From: Selaginella moellendorffii
Taxonomy: Eukaryota; Plantae; Lycopodiophyta
Reading direction: 5' to 3'
Assembly: GCF_000143415.4 (NCBI RefSeq)
Contig: NW_003314262.1
Span: 5,862,304 to 5,926,303, forward strand
Length of the DNA: 64,000 nt
Under the pieces are notes generated by a model, which saw only the letters and a program-made list of their open reading frames with translations, made no database searches and was not told the DNA's origin. The position numbers and the translations under genes are program-made. Numbering within the stretch: the stretch's first letter is position 1; each line of letters starts with the position of its first letter. Below, piece after piece: positions 11,929 to 21,870 of the stretch.

Positions 11929-14124
11929 ATGGAGCTTTTTCAATCGCTCCAATGTCCTCGAAACGATCAATGCTTTGAGGTAATCTCCCAGCTCGTCACT
12001 GCCTTGAAATCATGCAGGAGCTCCAGAGACCTCCAAAAGGGAAGGCTCGTCCACGCAAACGCCGCTCACAATGGACACGACTCCAACATTTACATTGCAA
12101 ACACGCTGCTCAGCATGTACGCTAAGTGTGGAGCCATGGTGGACGCTGCTCGAGTCTTCGCCAAAATGGATCGCCACAGCATCGTCTCCTGGAACTCGCT
12201 CATCCTGGGATACGCCGAGAACGGCCAAGGCGAGCTCGCGCTGGTTCTCTTTGCGAGCATGGAACGCAGGACAAGCTTCCACTTTGATGGTCGGACTTTC
12301 GTGGCTGCGCTGAAGGCTTGCACGAGTTTGGCCGTGGAGGAGTCCAAAGCTTCCGGCAGCAAAACGATGGTGAAGCCTGTTTCACTGGAGAAATCCATGG
12401 CTGTGCACGCTCTCGCGGCAGCCCGAGGCTTTCAAGAGGATGTTTTCGTGAAGAACACTTTGGTGGACGCGTATGCGAAGTGTGGGAGCATGGCCGACGC
12501 TTGGAGAGTTTTTGCCGGTGCTGGGAACCGCGACTTGATTACCTGGAACGCGCTCGTACAGGGATTTGCAGACTGTGGAGAAGAACAGCTAGCTTTCGAG
12601 TTTCTCTCGATGATGGAGGTGGAAGCTCTTCGAGCGGATGGTTTGAGCTTTACTGCCAGTTTCAAGGCCTGTGCCGGGCTGGCCGAGAAGGAACAAGGCC
12701 GGGAGATCGACGGGACGATGGTAAAGACCAAGGCTCTCGAGAAAACCATGGCTTTGCACGTCCAAGCTTCTCGGAAGAACTTAGACTCTCGCGAGATCAT
12801 GGTGGTGAACGCTCTGGTTGACGCCTATGCCAAGAGTGGGAGCCTCACGGACGCGAGCAGGGCCTTTGCGAGAATCCAGAAGCGAGACTTGGTGCTGTGG
12901 AACACGCTCCTCGCGGGACACGCATCAAACGAGCACGGAGAGGAAACTTTGGATCTCTTCTTCCAGATGATCATGGATGATCACACCGAGCCGGATGCTC
13001 GGAGCTTCGTGGCTGTGCTCAAGGCCAGCGGCACCATGGTCGCCTTGAGCGCCACCCGGTTGATCCACTCGGAGATATGCCGGCGTGGAGTCGCGGACGA
13101 GAACGAGATCATCGCGTGCTCGCTGCTGGATTCATACGCTCGGTGTGGAAGCATGCAAAGCGCACTCCAGGTATTCGATTCGCTTGCAAAGCCTGACTCG
13201 GTGCTGTGGACTGCGTTGCTTTCAGGATATAGCCGCGAGGGAAACACCCGGCTCGTGTTTGAGACGTTCCGCGCGTTTCTCGACCAAGGCTTTCTTCCAA
13301 ACAGTGTGACTTTCGTGTGCCTTCTCACGGCGAGCAGCCACGCCGGCCTGGTCGCCAAAGGCCAGGCGATCTTCCAAGCGATGGAGCTAAAGTTTGGGAT
13401 CCAGCCAGGGCCGGAGCACTACCTCTGCGTGGTGGATCTCTTGGGACGCGGTAACAGGCTAGACGAAGCCGTGAAGATGGTGGAAGCCATGAAAGGTGCT
13501 ACAGTCGGGCACTGGATGACCGTCTTGGGGGCTTGCAAGAAGTGGAAGAACGCAGAGATGGCAAAGCTCGCTTTCGAAAAGGTGGTGGAGCTGGACGAGA
13601 GAGATCCTGCTGCTTACTCGCTCATGCTTGCGACTTATGCGAGCTTGGGGATGTGGCAGGAGATGCCGCGAGTTTACGAGATGAGGAGGAAAGGTGGCGG
13701 GCTTGCGAGGCCGGGATTGAGCTGGTGGACGGACGAGACGGGGGCAGTGCACAAGTTCGTGGCCGGGGACGTGCGGCATCCACAGATGGAAGAGATCCAG
13801 CGAAAGTTGGGAGAGCTCGCGGTGAAGATGGACGAACAAGGCTACGTTGCGGACTTGGCGAGCTCTGCGAGGAAGAGAGCTTCCGACGCCGAGAAGGAGA
13901 GGTCACTGTGTTGTCACAGTGAGAGGCTGGCGATCGCGTGTGCGCTCGTGAATTCCTCCCCCGGGACTACGATCAGGATTGCGAAGAACTTGAGAGTTTG
14001 CGACGATTGTCACTCGGCGACGGCGTTTTTTTCCAGGATTGAGCGGCGGGAGATCATCTGTAGGGACTCGAGCAGGTTCCACGCGTTTCGCGATGGTGCT
14101 TGTTCGTGTGGAGACTTCTGGTAA
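11929..14124 (+). CDS. PLS-class pentatricopeptide repeat protein with E/E+/DYW deaminase domain (ends DFW); organellar C-to-U RNA editing factor, intronless
   Basis: Repeated 'NTL..MYAKCG..A..VF..M...VSWN.LI.GY' motifs, PG box (PGLSW), HSERLA and CDDCH zinc ligands, C-terminal CSCGDFW. Confidence 0.96.
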   Translation: MELFQSLQCPRNDQCFEVISQLVTALKSCRSSRDLQKGRLVHANAAHNGHDSNIYIANTLLSMYAKCGAMVDAARVFAKMDRHSIVSWNSLILGYAENGQGELALVLFASMERRTSFHFDGRTFVAALKACTSLAVEESKASGSKTMVKPVSLEKSMAVHALAAARGFQEDVFVKNTLVDAYAKCGSMADAWRVFAGAGNRDLITWNALVQGFADCGEEQLAFEFLSMMEVEALRADGLSFTASFKACAGLAEKEQGREIDGTMVKTKALEKTMALHVQASRKNLDSREIMVVNALVDAYAKSGSLTDASRAFARIQKRDLVLWNTLLAGHASNEHGEETLDLFFQMIMDDHTEPDARSFVAVLKASGTMVALSATRLIHSEICRRGVADENEIIACSLLDSYARCGSMQSALQVFDSLAKPDSVLWTALLSGYSREGNTRLVFETFRAFLDQGFLPNSVTFVCLLTASSHAGLVAKGQAIFQAMELKFGIQPGPEHYLCVVDLLGRGNRLDEAVKMVEAMKGATVGHWMTVLGACKKWKNAEMAKLAFEKVVELDERDPAAYSLMLATYASLGMWQEMPRVYEMRRKGGGLARPGLSWWTDETGAVHKFVAGDVRHPQMEEIQRKLGELAVKMDEQGYVADLASSARKRASDAEKERSLCCHSERLAIACALVNSSPGTTIRIAKNLRVCDDCHSATAFFSRIERREIICRDSSRFHAFRDGACSCGDFW

Positions 14125-14170
14125 GATTAAAGAGGTACTTTCATTCGCAAAAACGTTTTCCATTGCAACT

Positions 14171-15952
14171 CTAGCGAGCTAAGAACTTGTTTGTAGCTAG
14201 AACAAGCTCTCTTGCTATACCTTTCTCATACATGGAATGGCCAGAATCTCCCACTGCGAGTATCACCAGTTTAAAACCTTTGCGAAAAGCTTCTCAAGCA
14301 TACCGATTTTCAGCTCAGCCTCTGGCCACGCGCAGTGAAGGTCGACCGCATTCTGGAAAGACGAAACATCTAGCAAAATGGGAAGGAAAGAATCGCGAAT
14401 GACTCACAACAACGGGACAGACAAAATCGTAGCGACCATGGATGATCACACAAGGAATGTGTCTGATCCTCCTTACTCCTTCCAAGAGCTGCTGGTCTTT
14501 CAGGAATCCGTTTCTCATCTGTGGATGTGTTAGCAATGAAACAAAGAAGAAGAGAAAGAGAAAGAAGGAGAAGAAGAACTTACAGAGTAATGGCATTCTA
14601 GCCTTGCTTGAACAACTTGAGAAGGCATTTTCGCATCGCCGGTAGGAAGCCACTCAAGAGTTTGATGATCTACGAAAAAGAACATGCAATGGTCGTGAGA
14701 AACAATTCTTATCACTGTTAGACTACCAACTTGTTTTTTCTTCCGCGGCTAGGCTCAGGATCTAGCACGAAACATGAAAAGCCTGCAAGTATTAGAAGCA
14801 ACAAAAAGATCAAACAGCCACGAAGGATTACAGCAATACTCTTACTTTTCCGGAAGGATTCGAGTATTGCTCTCCATTCCAAGCGAGCGATTGTTCTATT
14901 GAGAAGAAGCTAAGAGCCATCTCCCATGAAAACCAGGCCCGACTCTGGAAATACCAGTTATTTTAGAGGACGAAACTAGAGCTGGATTCTTACTGCTGAT
15001 AGCTGGCGGGAGGGATCAGAGGAAGTCAATCTTTTGTAGAACGACGTCAAAACATCGTTTTGTTCGTCCGGCTCAAGAACTGACACGAAGTTCTTCCAAG
15101 AAAACGGGAAGATCGAGCTTGCACCGCCCTGGTGAAGAAAAGTATGGTGAAAAAAGAAAAGAAAAACTCTAAGTTCAAGTCCAAACTTTCACCTGTTTGT
15201 AGATCCAATCGATCTCCCTCTGGCGAAACAAGCACACTCCTCGCAGTATAAGCGCATGGACAACTTGTGGATAAGCTTGTGCGTAGGCAAGTCCCAGCGT
15301 TGCTCCCCAAGAACCACCAAGAACAAGCCATCTTTCGATAAGAAAAAACAAAGAAAGAACGATTGAGTGACGAGATCCTTCTTGGAGAGTTGAAAGTAAA
15401 GAGAGAAAAGTTCCAAGATGACGAACCTCTCGACGTTCAAATGCTTCCGTAGCTTCTCCAGATCATCCACAAGGTCCCAAGTCGTGTTCTCTTGGAGGCA
15501 TCCTTTCGGCGTGGATTTGCCACAGCCTCTCTGATCAAACAGCACAATGTGATAGTGCTGGGAATCGAAGAACTGTGCATGCCTTCGTGTGCATCCAGCT
15601 CCTGGACCTCCATGAAGAACTGCAAAAAAAAAATTAAAAAAATCCACTTGAGAACTCACAGATTTCTACGCAAGTAAGACGCTCGACCGATCGCCACTTA
15701 CACACGGCTGATTGTCCGCAACGATTTCCAAAAGTCTCATAGTAAATGGTGTGGAGCTCCGAGACTTTGAGGTAGCCATTAGAGATGCTGGAGCTGGGAG
15801 CAAACAAACTGGAAGAAACCGCGGCTCTACAAACAAAAAGGAAGATAAAAGACTTTGGGTCGATGGGTAGCAAACCTGGAGGATTGGAGCGACACATTTC
15901 TATGGTGGTGATGGACATAGCCGCCAGTGGAACCAAAGAACACCATCGCCAT
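14171..15952 (-). CDS. PIP: Proline iminopeptidase (peptidase S33), multi-exon, probable N-terminal transit peptide
   Basis: HGGPG oxyanion motif, FDQRGCGKSTP, ENTTWDLVDDLEKLRKHL, GGSWG nucleophile elbow, HGRYDFVCP and SGHSMYE. ATG at 15952 (MAMVFFGSTGG..) splices in frame through the first intron. Stop TAG at 14173-14171. Confidence 0.92.
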
Positions 15953-15982
15953 TCTTGGCGGAACTTAGGTCCTTCCTTTTGG

Positions 15983-16007
15983 AGCGGTGAGCGTGGATCG
16001 AACACGC

Positions 16008-16050
<43 letters not shown>

Positions 16051-16055
16051 CCCGC
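15983..16055 (-). tRNA. tRNA-Phe(GAA): tRNA-Phe (GAA), cytosolic plant type, 73 nt, intronless
   Basis: Reverse complement is GCGGGGATAGCTCAGTTGGGAGAGCGTCAGACTGAAGATCTGAAGGTCGCGTGTTCGATCCACGCTCACCGC-T. This matches the canonical plant tRNA-Phe as I recall it, except at position 73. A and B boxes are intact. Confidence 0.97.
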
Positions 16056-16182
16056 TTATCCGTCTAATTAATCCCATTATCAGATTAAGCACGATTTGTT
16101 CTTGAGCTAAACGAAAGACTAAAACAGAAAAAAATATTCCCTTGATTCGTATCAACAAGCTCTTGTCTATGGCCGAAGAAGA

Positions 16183-19100
16183 TCAAACTGGGGACAGGAG
16201 CTGCGACTGCGAGGATGACAAATCCCCAAAATCCGTGCTGCTCTCCTCCTTGTTCTTCCCGGGCCTGGCATCGCCCAGCATTTGCACAACATCCCGCATC
16301 GTCGGCCTGTCCACCGGGAGATCGCTCGTGCACAGCAGCGCCACTCTCAGCACCAGCATGATCTCCTGGAGCGGCAAATTCTCCTCCCGGATCCGCGAGT
16401 CGAGCACCTCCAGCACCCCGTCCTTGGTCTGGATCTTCTTCCTCACCCATTGCACAATGTCCACTCCATCGCCAAACTCCGGCTCGATCGGCCGCCGCCC
16501 CGACACGAGCTCCAGCAGCACCACTCCAAAGCTGTAGATGTCGCTCTTCTCGTTCACCTTGAGCGTGTAAGCATACTCTGCGAAAGTTCCCAAAAGTTCG
16601 TTAGAACCGGACACTCAAGAACCCTAAAAAACCACCTCAAGAACCCCAAAAAACCGAGCTCTCTCTCTCACCTGGGGCGATGTAGCCATAGGATCCGGCG
16701 ATGGAGGACATGGATTCCGATTTCCCCGAGTCCTGGAAGAGCTTGGCGAGGCCGAAATCCGCGACGCGCGCCTGGAACTCGGCGTCGAGGAGGATGTTGT
16801 TGGATTTGACGTCGCGGTGGACGATGAGCGGCGAGCAGTCGTGGTGGAGGTAGCACAGCCCATTGGCGGCCTGGAGCGCGATCTTGTAGCGCGTCGCCCA
16901 GTCGAGCATCACGGCGCCCTTGCTGGATCCATGGAGCGCCTCCCCGAGGCTGCCATTGGGCATGTATTCGTAGACGAGGACGTTGGTCTCCTTGTTGGAG
17001 CAAAACCCTAGGAGCTTGACGATGTTGCGGTGCCGGATCTTTCCCAGGGTCTGGACCTCCGCCGAGAATCCGTGATCGCTGTGGCTCATGGAGCCGCCGA
17101 TCTTGCCGCGCGCTACCCCTGCCGCGGCCGCGGGATTGAATCCCGAGAGCTTCTTCACCGCCACGATCTCGCCCGACGGCATCACGCCCTTGTAGACGAT
17201 GCCCGATCCACCGCGGCCGATGATGTTGTCCTCGTTGCTCAGGCATTCCAGGATGTGGGCGACGCTGAATCCCCCCAGCTTCTGGAACGCGGTGAGCTTC
17301 CAGGCCCCGGCGCCGCGCGATCGCGGGCGCAAGAACCCTAGCCGGCAGAGGTAGCGTCGGTACTTCCGGAAGAAGCAGCACACGCCCACCACCAGCACCA
17401 GCAGCGCCGCGGAGAAGAGCGCGCCGACGAGCCACGCCAGGAGCTCCGGATCGCTGCGCCCGCGCCCATGGCCGCCATAGCCGCGAGAATTAGGGTTCTT
17501 GGGGCACGGCCCCAGCGGCGCGCCACACAGCCCGAGATTCCCCACGTAGCTGCTGCGATTGAAGGCCTGATCCGTGGCCGGGATGGCGCCGCTGAGGCGA
17601 TTGTAGGAGAAATCCACCGAGTTGAGGCTCTGGAGCAGCGCGATCCCCCGCGGGATCCCGCCCGAGAATGCGTTCCTGGAGAGGTTGAGCACGCCCAGCA
17701 CCTCGAGCGCTTCCAGCGATCGCGGGATCTCGCCGGAGAGCTGGTTGACGCTGAGATCCAGCATTGTGAGCGAGCGGCAGCTGCCGACCTCTGGAGGAAT
17801 CCCTCCCGAGAAGAAATTGTGAGTGAGATTGAGCTGGAGGAGCCATTGCATCCGCCCCAGCCCCGCCGGCACCGCGCCCGCGAGGCGATTGTAGGAGATC
17901 TGGAGCTCCTTGAGCATGGAGAGCGCTCCAATCCCCTCGGAGATCTCCCCCCGGAGAAGATTCTCGCTCAGATCGATCTTCTCGAGCTTGGGCGCGGCGA
18001 ATTCCTCGTCGCCCATGACCCCGTCCAGCTTGTTCCTCATGAGCTCCACCATGTCGAGATTGGGCAGCGCGAACAGCCCCCGCGGGATCGCGCCCGAGAG
18101 GAGATTGTCGCCCAGCCGGACCTTCTCGAGACTAGCGCACGATCCCAGCTCCTCGGGGATGGATCCCGAGAGGCGATTTTGCTGGAGGATGAGCGTCGCG
18201 AGCTTCCCTCCGCGGCAGAGGCTGGATGGGACGCTCCCATTGAGCGCGTTCTTGGAGAGGTCGAGCATCCATAGCTGCCCATTCCCGCCCAGGAACTCCG
18301 GGATGGCGCCCACGAATCCATTCCCCCATAGGAAGAGGACTTCCAGATTGGGCATGTCGCCCACGAAGGAGGGGATCTCCCCGGAGAGATTGTTGCGGAA
18401 GAGATTCAAGAGCTTGAGCTCCTGGAGCTTCTCCAGGCTCGCGGGGATCCCTCCGGTGAGCTGGTTGCACGAGAGATCCAGCGATTGCAAGGCCCGGAGG
18501 CCGCCGATCGCGTCGGGGATGGATCCGGCGAGGGAATTGAGCTGGAGGAAGAGCGTGTCGAGGCGGCGGAGCCCTCCCAGCTCGATCGGGATGGAGCCAT
18601 TGATGCCGGCGCTGGCGAGATCGAGGCGGCGGAGACTCTTGAGCCGTCCGAAAGATCGAGGGATTCCTCCGGAAAAGTGGTTGTAGTAGCCCAGATAGAG
18701 CTGCTCGAGCGACTCGAGATCGCCCATCTCGGCCGGGATCTCGCCGCTAAGATCGTTGCCCGAGAGCGCGAGGTATTGGAGGCTCTTGATGGATCCATAC
18801 TCGCGTGGGATGGAGCCCGAGAAGAGGCTGCCGCCCAGGTGGACGTGGGCGAGCAATGGCAGCGCCGAGAGGCCGATTGGCAGCGCGCCCGTGAAGTTGT
18901 TGTTGTAGGCGTCGAGGATCGCGAGCGATGGCGAGGCGGAGGAGAGATTGGCGGGGAAATCGCCGCTGAAGTTGCAGTGGGAGATGTTGAGGTAGCGGAG
19001 GAGCGGCAGCGCTCCCAAGAGCTCCGCCGGGAGGGCGCCGCCGAGATCGTTGACGTCGAGGGAGAGATTGGCGAGGGCGGAGAGGCGCGAGAGCGTGCCC

Positions 19101-19348
19101 GGCGCGATCGATCCCGAGAGGCTCATGTTGGAGAGCGTGAGAGAGGAGACGCGGTTCTGGGAGTCGCAAGTGATTCCTGTCCAGCGGCACGGCGTTGCGT
19201 CGGATTCGTTCCAATCACGCAGGTGGGTCGCTGGATCCTCGATCGAGGCCTTGAATGCCAGGAGTGATTGGCCATCCGGTGTCAATCCCTCTGCCGCGGC
19301 CGTGAAGAACACGAGGATCGCCAAGAACAGGGGAGTGATGGGCGTCAT
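16183..19348 (-). CDS. LRR receptor-like kinase subfamily XI, BAM/CLV1-like; exons 19348-16672, 16577-16183
   Basis: Signal peptide, about 20 plant LRRs ('YLGYYNHFSGGIP'), TM, 'WKLTAFQKL', 'DHGFSAEVQTLGKIRHRNIV', HRDVKSNNILL, DFG and GSYGYIAPEY across a 94-nt GT-AG intron (16671-16578). Confidence 0.95.
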
Positions 19349-21411
19349 CCCTGATTTGGCGATCGCGATGGGAATGGAATGTCGTTGATCTTGGGACGAG
19401 AAGAGCTAAGCTAGAGCTGGACACTTCACCTGATTCGCGATGACGCGTCGCGCTCGCCCGCCATAGCCAGGCAGAATCAATCAAGCTATGGTGGCGATGA
19501 TGAGCGCTGTGATGGAGGGGCAAATTCGGGGAATGGCAATGCTGCTCCCGGGCGAGTGTGGGTGATGGGGGGATCGATCTTTTGCGCCATTGGGTCCCTC
19601 ACATTCGCTCCAAATCATCACTTTGACGCCGCGCTGTGGCTCGCACACTGGGGACAAAAGATTTGGGGAAGAACAGAGTGTCGAGAGGAGGAGGGAGAAG
19701 AAGATGGAAAAAAAAAGTTCTTTTGTTTGTTGCTCGTCGTCTTTGTGTCAGATCACTGCTGAAAAGAGGGAGGGGCGAGCTGTGCGCGAATCATCCACGG
19801 ATGCGCAGAATGACACAGGGGAAAAAATCGCTAAGAAAAAAAGAAAAGGAGCTTGGAAGGACCGAGAACTCCTCGCTACACAGCACTAATCCGTGAAAGC
19901 TATGGCGTGTCTGTTGGTCGGTCCCCAGCTCCAGCGGAAAAAAACTAAATAAAAGCCCTCTCTCTCTCTCGATCGATCGATCGATCTATCGATTGTTCGC
20001 TTCGTCGTCGTCCCCCTCTTTCTTTTGATTTCTAATCACCACCCGCACTAGCACACACACACACACTCTCGAGAAGAACAGTGAAAGGGCGCGAATCAAT
20101 GCGGGGCCTGGCGGCTGCAAAGACGAGATTCTAAGACCGCCCAATTCGACCCATCATCCCGATGCATCGACCAAAGCCTCCAGAGATCCAGCAATCCAGA
20201 GAAAAAAGATATGAAATCTCTCTCTCGCGCAATCGCAATCAGCTGGCGGCCGAGCTCTCAAGCTCCAGTGCTATGCCTAGGACTGAGACGAAAAGATGAG
20301 AAATTCGAGATTCGAGATTCCTCTTTTGGCCGCGACTCGCGAGGAAGAAGAGGAGAAGAAGAAGAAGAACCCTAGAAAGCTATAGCGCGCGCGAGATGCG
20401 TACTCCTGACTGACACAAACAAATTCTGGCAGTCAAAGAGGAGAAATTACTCGCTGCGATCTCTCTGCGATCGCGAGCAACAATGTCGACTGCTAGACGA
20501 CGCAGAGCTCACGGACAGTGAGAGCGATGTAGGCGATCGATCAAGTCACTGTGTTTCTTCGTTTTTCTTTTTCTCTTCTTTGGAGGTTTCGATCAATCGA
20601 CAGCGCTGGGGATGAAAACAACCCCTCCCGAGCCGACGCGACGCGAGCGTTTTTGAGCGTTTTTAATTCTCCTGGGTCGAGCCAGCTCTTATCTTCTTCT
20701 TTTAGGGTTCTTGCCCGCCTTTTAGGGTTTTACAACAATTTCACCTGGCACATTTACTGCGCACTTTCAATGTAGTAAAAACTGGCAGTGCTGTCCTTGT
20801 TGTTTGATTTACATGAAATTACTTTTGACTGCGCCCGTGCGACTTCTAAAATCCCGCTTAAAACTTAACTCTATCTAAATCCAAGGACGTAGCGTAGGTA
20901 GTAGGTACGGCGCGGGTGCATGCATGGCTACGTACGGGATACCCCACCTTCTACGTCGCCGTCAACTTGAATGAAAAATATTTTGATCCTTGGCTGTGTT
21001 CGTATGATTTTAGGGGTTTGTGTCACTCTCCGAGAGTTCTTTGTCACCAGGGGGATTATTAAATCGCTCGCTCGCTGCTTAAATAATCGAGACAAGGACG
21101 CTGTAGCATATGACAAAGAGACAAACTTCTCCAAAAGATTATGCGATACGAGGCATGTGATGAACACTCTCTACTAAAATGGATCAAAACGCGAGGGCGA
21201 TTGACAAAGATGAGCGAGCGTCTAGGCCTAGCAGACAATAAACAAGACAAGCGCTTGTTCGCAAATCGCGATCTCCAAACCTCGTGCTTTGGTCTAAGTT
21301 ATCAACTTCGTCTAAACAAGACGTCCAGTCCAGGGACTTTTTACGGAAGAGGTAAGCGCGATAAAACAAAGGAAAACTTTACAGGATTGCGTAAGCCGGC
21401 GATGAGAGCAA

Positions 21412-21436
21412 TGAGATGAGATGAGATGAGATGAGA
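21412..21436 (+). repeat. (ATGAG)n microsatellite, about 5 units
   Basis: atgagatgagatgagatgagatgag read directly. Confidence 0.85.
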
Positions 21437-21870
21437 TTCACGTTGCCACGGCTCCCGTGACGCAAGCTCTTTGACCGCGCCGAGTCCATTCAATCCCATT
21501 AAAAACACTTTAGGGCTTTCGTCCAGCGCGGCGTGTACGGTGATTCCGAGCAAAGTGTTGGAAACATGTCTTCGGAGGAATCTGCGTGCTGTCTTCCACT
21601 CAAAAAGCCAAGACGCGAAATTATTCCAAATAGTATAGCATATTCTAGTTCAGAGCATCTTTCTGTAATATGCTCATTTTAAAATTTTTTCTCCAGGGCG
21701 GGAATTGAACCGAGAACTTGGGATGCCAGGTGTTGAATCTGCCGCGCTCGGTTTCATGCACGAATTGCCGCCACCTTCGCTGGTTTTTAGGTATTTCACT
21801 TCTTCTTCTTCGTCGATCTTTGGGTGGCGAAGCGAGAAGAAGGCGCGCGATTGGAGTGGATTGAGAGGAA

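Noticed and set aside
16600-19400. Many long overlapping and antisense ORFs over the LRR-RLK (also over COG4, CYP78A and the PPR)
   Set aside because: Shadow ORFs expected from high GC3 codon bias and LRR periodicity. No independent motifs.
19960-20070. (CT)n, (GATC)n and (CA)n runs
   Set aside because: Ordinary short microsatellites in a promoter/UTR region.
20920-21560. Cluster of short ORFs between the RLK and DNAAF1
   Set aside because: No domain signal, convincing splice structure or codon bias.
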